Shown here: one piece after another, positions 17,786-24,893 of the stretch | Position numbering within the stretch: the stretch's first letter is position 1 | How the letters are laid out: every line of letters begins with the position of its first letter | Assembly (NCBI GenBank): GCA_964520985.1 | Contig: CAZFPB010000002.1 | Location: 150,115-214,114, forward strand | Length of the DNA: 64,000 nt | DNA from: an uncultured Pseudobdellovibrionaceae bacterium | Lineage (GTDB): Bacteria; Pseudomonadota; Alphaproteobacteria; Micavibrionales; Micavibrionaceae | Direction: 5' to 3' | Notes under the pieces: model-generated | What the model was told of the DNA's origin: nothing | The model's input: the letters and a program-made list of their open reading frames with translations, nothing else | The model's database searches: none | Program-made: the position numbers and the translations under genes

Positions 17786-17927
17786 TGGCATGTAGCTCAG
17801 CGGTAGAGCTGGTGACTGTTTTGGTTGTAATTCAACCATTATCGTTTCTATGAGACGATAAGAATTGATGTATAAACATCACAGATTAATCACCCGGTCG
17901 TAGGTTCGATCCCTACCATGCCAGCCA
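17786..17927 (+). tRNA. interrupted tRNA gene: intact 5' and 3' halves separated by a 76-nt three-hairpin insert in the anticodon loop; CCA encoded
   Basis: 5' half is TGGCATG-TA-GCTC-AGCGGTA-GAGC-T-GGTGA. 3' half is TCACC-CGGTC-GTAGG-TTCGATC-CCTAC-CATGCCA-G-CCA. Acceptor pairs 7/7. Anticodon stem GGTGA/TCACC encloses an insert with hairpins TGGTTG/CAACCA, TTATCGT/ACGATAA and GATGT/ACATC. Confidence 0.55.
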
Positions 17928-18020
17928 TTGTGAATATTGGGCTCTTGACCCAATGTGGTAAGGTTGCTGAGATGGGGCAACTAGTGTCTAGCGAATTGGA
18001 AGGGGGCGAAGACACAAACT

Positions 18021-18092
18021 AGCGGATTAGCTCAGTGGTAGAGCACACCCCTGATAAGGGTGGGGCCATGGGATCGTAACCCATATCCGCTA
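18021..18092 (+). tRNA. tRNA-Ile(GAT)
   Basis: Acceptor AGCGGAT/ATCCGCT, D GCTC-AGTGGTA-GAGC, anticodon arm CACCC-CTGATAA-GGGTG, T ATGGG-ATCGTAA-CCCAT (A at position 54). Confidence 0.8.
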
Positions 18093-18094
18093 CA

Positions 18095-18198
18095 GAATCG
18101 TAAGTGGGCAGGACTAGGGTTCGATTCCCTTTAGGTATGGTACTGAACATGAGGCGCTGAAAGCCTCAGCCTTCAAGGTTCGATTTCTTGACGATTCT
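18095..18198 (+). ncRNA. elongated tRNA-like RNA (104 nt): terminal acceptor stem, two T-arm-like hairpins and an anticodon-arm-like hairpin
   Basis: Ends GAATCGT/ACGATTC pair 7/7. 3' proximal T-arm CAAGG-TTCGATT-TCTTG. Internal AGGG-TTCGATT-CCCT. Hairpin TGAGGC-GCTGAAA-GCCTCA. Confidence 0.4.
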
Positions 18199-18221
18199 TC
18201 AACTAACGTAGAATAAAAAAT

Positions 18222-18530
18222 ATGAATCGTCTGCAATGGTTATTATCCAAATTAGCTGAAGAAGCTAGTGAAGTCAGTCAAATCTCCCTTAAAACATCTC
18301 AATTTGGTCCGGATGAAGTCATGCCTGGCCAGCCGTTAACAAACTTTCAACGTACTCATGGTGAGTTGAATGATTTGTTGGCTATTGTTGAAGTGCTTAA
18401 TGATGAGTATAATTTTGATTTTAAATGTGATCTAAATTCATTAGATCGCAACGCTATTGAATTAAAGAAACAGAAGCTTGAAAAATACTATCGTTATTCT
18501 GTGAGCTTAGGATTGGTTAAAGATGAGTGA
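18222..18530 (+). CDS. hypothetical protein
   Basis: 102 aa ORF. Confidence 0.4.
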   Translation: MNRLQWLLSKLAEEASEVSQISLKTSQFGPDEVMPGQPLTNFQRTHGELNDLLAIVEVLNDEYNFDFKCDLNSLDRNAIELKKQKLEKYYRYSVSLGLVKDE

Positions 18531-19080
18531 CATCATTAAACTGTATGGTAAAGATATTGATATTTCCAATCTGAAACTGTCTGATATCACAAATGCATTT
18601 GTTGATAATATTTGGACAGAACAAGAATTAGAAAAAATGTGTCAAACTCATCGTAGCCAACAAAATACTTTTGTATATTTTGAAAGTGATGAATTATATC
18701 ATGCAATGTTCGAAATATTGGAAACGATGAACGTTGATATTCAGCATATTAAAAATAAGCTAATTGCTAAACTAGCGCCTCATATCTATCTTAACGATTG
18801 CGATTATTCGATACAAGATGTAACGGTGCCTGCATATTCGGATGGTGAATCGTGTTTAACAGCTACAATTGTAAGATATGTTGTAAAAGTGGATACGGTA
18901 AATGACGTGCGGGGCCAAATTAAATCGAAGCTCAAACAAGCTATTAAACGACGTGACCAAAAACAACGCGAAATAAAAGAAGACCTTGAAACATTGAATC
19001 GTCTGCAGCAAAAATATGGCGCTCAACTTGATACCCTTTTACAAAAGGAACAGTCAGATGAAGGCTATCCGTATTCATAA
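18523..19080 (+). CDS. hypothetical protein
   Basis: 185 aa; ATGA overlap with the upstream ORF. Confidence 0.45.
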   Translation: MSDIIKLYGKDIDISNLKLSDITNAFVDNIWTEQELEKMCQTHRSQQNTFVYFESDELYHAMFEILETMNVDIQHIKNKLIAKLAPHIYLNDCDYSIQDVTVPAYSDGESCLTATIVRYVVKVDTVNDVRGQIKSKLKQAIKRRDQKQREIKEDLETLNRLQQKYGAQLDTLLQKEQSDEGYPYS

Positions 19081-19085
19081 TATAA

Positions 19086-19161
19086 GCACAGTCGTATCGG
19101 GTGGTCCGAGACAACGAAGGCCAAGTTGGATAAATTGGTTCGATTCCAATACTGTGCGCCA
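19086..19161 (+). tRNA. tRNA, anticodon unresolved; CCA encoded
   Basis: Acceptor GCACAGT/ACTGTGC + G + CCA and T ATTGG-TTCGATT-CCAAT are canonical. The D/anticodon region GTATCGGGTGGTCCGAGACAACGAAGGCCAAG does not give a canonical 7-nt U33 anticodon loop. Confidence 0.5.
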
Positions 19162-19178
19162 ATAATAAAAGGTGTAAA

Positions 19179-19541
19179 ATGCAAGATCAATTCATCCGTG
19201 GATATACATGTGTATCTAAAACGTGGTACGGTTCATATGTTTTAGAAAATATGGGACCTGATATTTGTGAAATGTTTATCGTAGGTATGTACAACGCAAA
19301 CACAATTAAACCTTTAGGTGAATTCTCAATAATTTGGTTTAAGCACCAAGGTAAGGTAATACCAAAAGTAGAAATGATCGACAGCGGTTGGAAAGCATTT
19401 CATACGTCAGGTATATTAAGTGCATTAGTTCAAGCTGAACATGTTGGAAATACATCACCTGATGATATTGAACAGTTGTTATTGAATTTGAATTTCATTA
19501 ATGTGACTCAACAAGAACAATCATCAGACCTAGACTACTGA
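19179..19541 (+). CDS. hypothetical protein
   Basis: 120 aa ORF. Confidence 0.4.
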   Translation: MQDQFIRGYTCVSKTWYGSYVLENMGPDICEMFIVGMYNANTIKPLGEFSIIWFKHQGKVIPKVEMIDSGWKAFHTSGILSALVQAEHVGNTSPDDIEQLLLNLNFINVTQQEQSSDLDY

Positions 19542-19548
19542 GGACGCA

Positions 19549-20001
19549 ATGATGCATTTGGTTTATAAAAAAATTGTCATGAAAGTGGCACAAGCCTTGA
19601 TTAATGATTTTTCAATGGTGTCATTCGAAGATGCTCACAAATATTTGATTCCTGAAGATCAGATAGATGACATGAAATATGTTGTTACTGAAACGCAGAT
19701 TCAAAAATTTGTGGATGCAATAACAGAAACAGTTGTTAATATGTGTGCAACAGAATTGGATGAGATTCAGTGGCACGTGGATAACGGAACACAGAAACCG
19801 TATAAGAATGCAGTTGATCTTGCGCAACAGATACGTCGGAAATTCTTGGTGGATGATTGGATTTCTGTTGATGACCGGTTGCCCTCCGATGGTGATTTTA
19901 TCGAAGGCAAGTCAAAAGATGGTACATGGACTGAAACGTGGGATAGTGATGAACCTCTTGGGTTGATGACTCATTGGCGATTGGTCGAACAGGAACAATA
20001 A
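19549..20001 (+). CDS. hypothetical protein
   Basis: 150 aa. Confidence 0.4.
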   Translation: MMHLVYKKIVMKVAQALINDFSMVSFEDAHKYLIPEDQIDDMKYVVTETQIQKFVDAITETVVNMCATELDEIQWHVDNGTQKPYKNAVDLAQQIRRKFLVDDWISVDDRLPSDGDFIEGKSKDGTWTETWDSDEPLGLMTHWRLVEQEQ

Positions 20002-20372
20002 TGGGCTGTTTTGTCTACAATGTAATTGGCGTTACTGATGATTATGAATGTCGTGATCATGAAATAATTAAATCGTTTTTTAATGAACAGAAAGCAATTG
20101 ATTTTTGTAATGAATTACGAAAAGATTTGCCAATTCTTAGTGCTATTTCTAATGGATTTATAAGCTACATGGCGAATTGGTGGGAAGGTAATCCGTATTC
20201 ATCAGTTGTGAATAATGTAGATGATTTTGATGAAAAGTATCTTAAAACAGTAACCGACTACGCAAACCGATTTACAACTGATCAAGAGATAGTTGATTAT
20301 TTTGTGCAAAACGCCCATCAGGATTTTCACAGAAAATCGTACATAGTCAGATCAATATGGGTGGACGATTAA
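20001..20372 (+). CDS. hypothetical protein
   Basis: Start at the TAATG overlap at 20001. Confidence 0.4.
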   Translation: MGCFVYNVIGVTDDYECRDHEIIKSFFNEQKAIDFCNELRKDLPILSAISNGFISYMANWWEGNPYSSVVNNVDDFDEKYLKTVTDYANRFTTDQEIVDYFVQNAHQDFHRKSYIVRSIWVDD

Positions 20373-20651
20373 ATGATAAAACCAAAACCAGATTATCAAT
20401 ACCTGTACATTACGTGTAAGGGAAAAGGTGGTGTTTATAAACTGATTTGTGCAGCTGATGGTGCTGGAACAAGTCGTGGAACCACTAAAATAGTATATCA
20501 AGACGCATTCGATGACTTGCGCTTTTTCGTTCGTGATTCCGAAGATTTTTATGAGCGAATGGAACTTATTCCTCGAGAGCAAATAGAACAAGCAATTCAA
20601 ACAGAATTTGATAATAGAGAACAAGATGGACAATCGAATATTAAGTATTAA
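20373..20651 (+). CDS. hypothetical protein
   Basis: 92 aa. Confidence 0.4.
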   Translation: MIKPKPDYQYLYITCKGKGGVYKLICAADGAGTSRGTTKIVYQDAFDDLRFFVRDSEDFYERMELIPREQIEQAIQTEFDNREQDGQSNIKY

Positions 20652-21021
20652 CGGGAAAGGTGATCAGTTCCTACAAGAAGTATTGACCTTAGCCTTTAAG
20701 CAACAGGGCTACATTCAAAAATGTGATGGTTGGGCTGAAAATGAAGCAGGCCTAATTCTGCTGTGGAGTGCAGAAGATAAGGAAACTCATAAGTTTCCAG
20801 GTGGCGGACTAACGGCTGAACAAGTAACACCAATTGTTAGTGCTTGGTTGAAAAACAACGACCCCAATAAGTTTGACTTGGGCGATTGGGAACACGATCT
20901 TAGTCATGACGGCCACAACTCTGTTGGTTTTCGAGTGTATTGTGAAGATTGGGGTCATGCTGGTGGATTTCATTGCGCAATTTGTGCAGTGAAACCAGTT
21001 TATCTGTGGCATGGAAAATAA
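20608..21021 (+). CDS. hypothetical protein
   Basis: 137 aa with a C-terminal His/Cys cluster; overlaps the upstream ORF, so the true start may be an internal ATG. Confidence 0.35.
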   Translation: MIIENKMDNRILSINGKGDQFLQEVLTLAFKQQGYIQKCDGWAENEAGLILLWSAEDKETHKFPGGGLTAEQVTPIVSAWLKNNDPNKFDLGDWEHDLSHDGHNSVGFRVYCEDWGHAGGFHCAICAVKPVYLWHGK

Positions 21022-21023
21022 TT

Positions 21024-21344
21024 ATGAGCCAGTTATCTTTGTTGGAAAATCCACACATATCAATTGAAGACAGATTGGAAATTGCAAAAGGTGCTGTAGA
21101 GTACTTTGAACAACTGAGTACGTGTTGGAAGACAGCGTATGATAATTCTAAACAAGAGTTAGAAGACTATCAAACGTTTGTAATCGGCACATTAGCACAA
21201 CTTGGTGCTGTTACTAAAAAAGCTGATGGTTCTCCTCGTTTTCATTTGGATATTTTAATGGATCCGAAAGGACTATTAATGGTTGAACCGGGTGAACAGT
21301 TAATTGCTGCAAAAGATGTTGACGAATCATCAAACGATGAGTAA
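21024..21344 (+). CDS. hypothetical protein
   Basis: Start moved to ATG 21024. Confidence 0.4.
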   Translation: MSQLSLLENPHISIEDRLEIAKGAVEYFEQLSTCWKTAYDNSKQELEDYQTFVIGTLAQLGAVTKKADGSPRFHLDILMDPKGLLMVEPGEQLIAAKDVDESSNDE

Positions 21345-21377
21345 GATTACTAAATAACACTTCGGTGTTATTTAAAA

Positions 21378-21452
21378 GCTCAGTAAACTTTGATGGTGAA
21401 GCCTTGTCTTGTAAGCAAGCGGAAGGCGGTTCGAATCCGCCACTGAGCTCCA
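21378..21452 (+). tRNA. tRNA-Thr(TGT), second copy; CCA encoded
   Basis: Near-identical to 15125-15199 in acceptor, D and anticodon arms (CTTGT-CTTGTAA-GCAAG). T-arm differs (GGCGG-TTCGAAT-CCGCC). Confidence 0.85.
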
Positions 21453-21464
21453 GAGATTTAACCT

Positions 21465-21725
21465 ATGAAAATGCATAAAATAGAATTGTACGTTTTGGAT
21501 TTTGAAGATTATGGGATTGAAGAGTGTACTTCGATATTAGAACACATCGATCCTCACGGAGCTATAGTAAAAGTTAATCCAATTGGTTCTGTTGAGATCG
21601 GTGAATGGCATGATGGCCATGAATTAAATTTCCGTAGTACGGATTATAATAAGTATTTCGCAAAAGCAGATGATGATCGTCGAGTTCAATGGTATCATCG
21701 TTTTTGCAAAAATTCTGAACAATAG
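21465..21725 (+). CDS. hypothetical protein
   Basis: 86 aa. Confidence 0.4.
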   Translation: MKMHKIELYVLDFEDYGIEECTSILEHIDPHGAIVKVNPIGSVEIGEWHDGHELNFRSTDYNKYFAKADDDRRVQWYHRFCKNSEQ

Positions 21726-21726
21726 T

Positions 21727-21856
21727 AAGTGACGATAATCGGATCGTAAAAATAACAGATAGGTTGGTGGTAGGTTCCAATGAGCTTAGTGCTTACGTCC
21801 TCCATATAATGCCTGATGCACTGTTATCGGATAAGGTTCAATTCCTTACGCTTACT
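21727..21856 (+). ncRNA. elongated or interrupted tRNA-like locus (about 130 nt)
   Basis: 5' GTAAGTG pairs with 3' CGCTTAC (one GU) next to a canonical T-arm TAAGG-TTCAATT-CCTTA. D-arm-like CGAT-AATCGG-ATCG. A 6-bp helix TAACAG/CTGTTA encloses about 60 nt. Confidence 0.3.
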
Positions 21857-21993
21857 CGAAGATGTTGCGTAGTGAACGGTTACTTCGACTGTTAATCGAG
21901 AAGAGAAGGTTCGAATCCTTCCATCCCGTAGGGATGTAGTGTAATGGTAGCACTCTAAAATCTCCGTTTGCGTTTTTATCTCATCTTTTTTAT

Positions 21994-22077
21994 AAGTCAG
22001 TAGACTAGCAAGTGTCGCCCTAGTCAGATAGCTCGAAAGAGCTGGAGTTCCAGTAGGTTCGAATCCTACCTGGCTTG
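21994..22077 (+). tRNA. tRNA-like, type-II length (84 nt), anticodon unresolved
   Basis: Acceptor AAGTCAG/CTGGCTT (one GU), T GTAGG-TTCGAAT-CCTAC. Internal 6-bp GACTAG/CTAGTC helix and AGCTC-GAAA-GAGCT hairpin. Confidence 0.3.
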
Positions 22078-22079
22078 CT

Positions 22080-22199
22080 AACGTAATGGTCTAGCGGATA
22101 AGACACTCGTACGAGGGTTGGAAGCTGTTCGATTCAGCTGAATGCACGGTGACCGTAATTCCGCAACGAGAAAGGTACGTTCGAATCGTACTTACGTTT
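22080..22199 (+). ncRNA. elongated tRNA-like RNA (120 nt) with a terminal acceptor stem and two T-arm-like hairpins
   Basis: Ends AACGTAA/TTACGTT pair 7/7. 3' T-arm GTACG-TTCGAAT-CGTAC. Internal AGCTG-TTCGATT-CAGCT. D-loop-like TAGCGGATAA. Confidence 0.35.
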
Positions 22200-22219
22200 C
22201 ATTTATTAAGGATTACATA

Positions 22220-22807
22220 ATGACAGATGTAATTGTTCATAATGCTTATGGCAACATTGACGTATATCCAGCAACTTTAGAACACGCCCTCAAATTAGTT
22301 AATCTGCAAGTGTTTAGTGGTGATTATTCGAATGCTTGTGAATTCTTTGAAAATATAAAAAACAAAATAAACATTAGTGGAGATATGGTATGCAGAGCAA
22401 TACACGACGTGTGTATGTTACCTGTTGATACTCCATCAAAGTATCTAAATGCATTGACAGATGGTAAGTATCGTACCATTACAGCAGATATTAAGAATGA
22501 AACAATAATATATTTGTGGAATCATCAAATTACCATAAAACATCCAACATATAGTGGAATGTTTGGCAGGTTAACTATACTGCAACCTCAACGATCCTTA
22601 ACCTATTTGAAACAGTTTGATCAACAAACAGATTGTTATTTTTATTATCCAGATCAATTAGACCGATATTCGCAATTGCGGTGTATTATTGAAGGAAGAT
22701 GGAAAGAAACAGCTAGTGAAATTAGCAAAATTAAATACATTGTTGAATTTCTGAATGAACATTATTCAAACGATAGTAAATTTTACATTACATCAATACA
22801 GGAATAG
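22220..22807 (+). CDS. hypothetical protein
   Basis: Start moved to ATG 22220 (MTDVIVHNAYG), downstream of the tRNA-like element. Confidence 0.45.
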   Translation: MTDVIVHNAYGNIDVYPATLEHALKLVNLQVFSGDYSNACEFFENIKNKINISGDMVCRAIHDVCMLPVDTPSKYLNALTDGKYRTITADIKNETIIYLWNHQITIKHPTYSGMFGRLTILQPQRSLTYLKQFDQQTDCYFYYPDQLDRYSQLRCIIEGRWKETASEISKIKYIVEFLNEHYSNDSKFYITSIQE

Positions 22808-22809
22808 TT

Positions 22810-23034
22810 ATGTCTTTACAAGATAAATTAAACGAACTTGAACAATTCATTCGTGCTAAAGCTGAAACAGAAACATGGGACGATCAGTTTATTGATAAAG
22901 ATGGTAATTTCACAGATGTTTGTGTATTTGACTTATCGGGTGGTAATGTAGACGATGCATACGAAGGTGGAGCACGTGCAGGCGAATCACGCTTTGCATG
23001 TGAATTACTAGAACGTTTCTTCAAACCAGAGTAA
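22810..23034 (+). CDS. hypothetical small acidic protein
   Basis: 74 aa. Confidence 0.4.
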   Translation: MSLQDKLNELEQFIRAKAETETWDDQFIDKDGNFTDVCVFDLSGGNVDDAYEGGARAGESRFACELLERFFKPE

Positions 23035-23039
23035 CAGTT

Positions 23040-23222
23040 ATGGATATTAGTGTTCAACTAGTAGAAGCACTTGCACAAGAGGCAGGGCTTGACCAATTAT
23101 GTGGTTGGGATGATGATAACAATCCTAAAGATTACTACGAATGTTGGCCGGAAGATCTGCAGAGATTTGCAGTGCTATTGATTGAACATTATAAGCTAAA
23201 AACTGTTGACCTTCCTGCCTAA
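23040..23222 (+). CDS. hypothetical small acidic protein
   Basis: 60 aa. Confidence 0.35.
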   Translation: MDISVQLVEALAQEAGLDQLCGWDDDNNPKDYYECWPEDLQRFAVLLIEHYKLKTVDLPA

Positions 23223-23241
23223 ATAGGTTATAGTGTTATAA

Positions 23242-23496
23242 ATGGTAGTAACTGCAATGGGTTCTAACTGTATGAAAACACTGGATGAGTACAAGCGTCT
23301 TATTGGTTATACGGTTAGAAAGACTTCTCGTAAACCGTTTAAGTCTGGGACCAAGGTAAATACTGTTGCAGGAGTGGTGGTTCATCCGTTTCTGGGTGTA
23401 CCGAGTTTTACGTTTGTTGAGGATGATTCTTATGTCGAATGCCGCCGGTGTCGTTCAGTTGAACAGCAACCAAGAAAAATACTGGATTCCGAGTGA
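23242..23496 (+). CDS. hypothetical protein
   Basis: 84 aa. Confidence 0.35.
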   Translation: MVVTAMGSNCMKTLDEYKRLIGYTVRKTSRKPFKSGTKVNTVAGVVVHPFLGVPSFTFVEDDSYVECRRCRSVEQQPRKILDSE

Positions 23497-23650
23497 CGGT
23501 GATGCACCGCATGCTATTTGCTTTTCTGGATCGGAAGCATTTGGTTTTGGTGCAAATTACATCGACTCGTTTGACGAAAAAGGTAAACGACTGTGTACGT
23601 ACACGCTAAATAGTGATGGTGAGACGTATACCTGTCATCTCATCAACTAA
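23441..23650 (+). CDS. hypothetical protein
   Basis: Start at ATG 23441 with RBS GAGGA; overlaps the upstream ORF by 56 nt in another frame. Confidence 0.35.
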   Translation, partial: AAGVVQLNSNQEKYWIPSDGDAPHAICFSGSEAFGFGANYIDSFDEKGKRLCTYTLNSDGETYTCHLIN

Positions 23651-23656
23651 CTAGTT

Positions 23657-23729
23657 GCCGCACAAACTTTGATTGGTGAAGCCCTTCTTGGTAAGAAGGC
23701 AGAAGACAGTTCGAATCTGTCGTGTGGCA
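23657..23729 (+). tRNA. tRNA-Thr(GGT)
   Basis: Acceptor GCCGCAC/GTGTGGC, D-arm shared with the other Thr genes, anticodon arm CCTTC-TTGGTAA-GAAGG, T GACAG-TTCGAAT-CTGTC. Confidence 0.8.
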
Positions 23730-23734
23730 CAAAT

Positions 23735-23809
23735 GCTCAGTAAACTTTGCTGGTGAAGCCCGCTCTCGTAAAGCGGTTGAAGACAGTTCGAATCTGTCAC
23801 TGAGCTCCA
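23735..23809 (+). tRNA. tRNA-Thr(CGT), CCA encoded
   Basis: Acceptor GCTCAGT/ACTGAGC, anticodon arm CCGCT-CTCGTAA-AGCGG, T GACAG-TTCGAAT-CTGTC, TCCA. Confidence 0.8.
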
Positions 23810-23827
23810 ACTCATCGGAGAAATTGT

Positions 23828-24103
23828 ATGAGTTCCTTTCTTGAGCAATACTTTCAAAATCAAATGCAGGAAGTTCCTATCAATAGCCAAGTATTGAAGG
23901 AAATCAATTTCGTTCGTGAAAAACATGGATATCCAACTTACTCGTCTGATAAAGTTGGTAAACATCTGTTGTACTATTTTGTTGAAGCTAACAACAAACT
24001 TTCCTTGGCCAATGTGTGGGAAGATGATGTTGAATTGCGTTTAAGAAACGCAGAGTATGTGGAGTCACACGCAGACAAACCTGTATTCAAATACAACGAT
24101 TAA
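23828..24103 (+). CDS. hypothetical protein
   Basis: 91 aa. Confidence 0.4.
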   Translation: MSSFLEQYFQNQMQEVPINSQVLKEINFVREKHGYPTYSSDKVGKHLLYYFVEANNKLSLANVWEDDVELRLRNAEYVESHADKPVFKYND

Positions 24104-24113
24104 CGGGATACTT

Positions 24114-24536
24114 ATGAGTATCAACAAAGGTCGAGCAGCGAAACGAAGTTTCGCTAAACGTGCTGAGATAAAATTTCATCAGTACCCTCACATTCCAATG
24201 AAAAAGGAATCCAAGGTATTGAGGAGGTTGATGTCCGAAACAGGATTGACAGAGCAACAATTGCGTGAACATTCAACATACCGAAAACAATTGTCTGATG
24301 CTCAAGTTGTTCCGCATTATCGGTATGGTAACAATGAAAAGATAATTGAACGGTGTCTTCGTTCTGTTGTTAAACAGTTCATGGAGAAGCATGATGTAAC
24401 GTCTCCATGGGATGAACGAGTTCAACAAGATGTAATTGAACATCTTTCAAGACCTAACAGTATATTCAGCATTTATCGGTATCAGGAAGAAATGTTGGCG
24501 TTATTCAAACGAAAATATGTTCGAAAGTCGCATTAA
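24114..24536 (+). CDS. hypothetical protein
   Basis: Start moved to ATG 24114 (MSINKGRAAK). Confidence 0.4.
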   Translation: MSINKGRAAKRSFAKRAEIKFHQYPHIPMKKESKVLRRLMSETGLTEQQLREHSTYRKQLSDAQVVPHYRYGNNEKIIERCLRSVVKQFMEKHDVTSPWDERVQQDVIEHLSRPNSIFSIYRYQEEMLALFKRKYVRKSH

Positions 24537-24566
24537 GATAATTTACAATTATTAAGGAATAATAGC

Positions 24567-24881
24567 ATGCCACTTGAATATGATGACATTCCTGGCAGTT
24601 GGGGAGTTTACTCTAAAGACTGGCCTCATCTGACCTTTACGTCTGAACGAGATCTTGAAAGAGCATACGTTGCTTGCACCTTGGAACGAATTGTTCCATA
24701 TGGTAGTTATGTCAGATGTGATCCTGACTTGCGAGTTGAAACGAAAGAGCAACTTGAAACACTAAAGCAACATTTGAAAACATGCGAACCGTTTCCACCA
24801 GAACAACCTCATAGCAACAAAGAATTGTACGCATTCTATGCAAAGTTGCGCCAGCAAGGAGAGGAACGCGCTCCTCGTTGA
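24567..24881 (+). CDS. hypothetical protein
   Basis: 104 aa. Confidence 0.4.
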   Translation: MPLEYDDIPGSWGVYSKDWPHLTFTSERDLERAYVACTLERIVPYGSYVRCDPDLRVETKEQLETLKQHLKTCEPFPPEQPHSNKELYAFYAKLRQQGEERAPR

Positions 24882-24893
24882 GATTTTGCAGCT

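Noticed and set aside
17786-17927. Group I or group II intron in the split tRNA
   Set aside because: The insert is only 76 nt with three simple hairpins; the smallest group I cores are about 200 nt, and no P3-P7-like pseudoknot or intron ORF is present.
18095-18198. tmRNA (ssrA) for the elongated tRNA-like elements
   Set aside because: They are 104-130 nt, versus about 350 nt for tmRNA, and lack a resume codon followed by a tag-peptide ORF and pseudoknots. The terminal tRNA-like architecture is noted only as an analogy.
21857-21993. Additional tRNAs between 21857 and 21993
   Set aside because: An Asn-like anticodon arm (TTCGA-CTGTTAA-TCGAG) plus T-arm (GAAGG-TTCGAAT-CCTTC) and a tRNA-like 5' half (GGGATGT-AG-TGT-AATGGTAGCAC) are visible. 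I could not pair acceptor stems, so they are left as probable degenerate tRNA fragments pending tRNAscan-SE.
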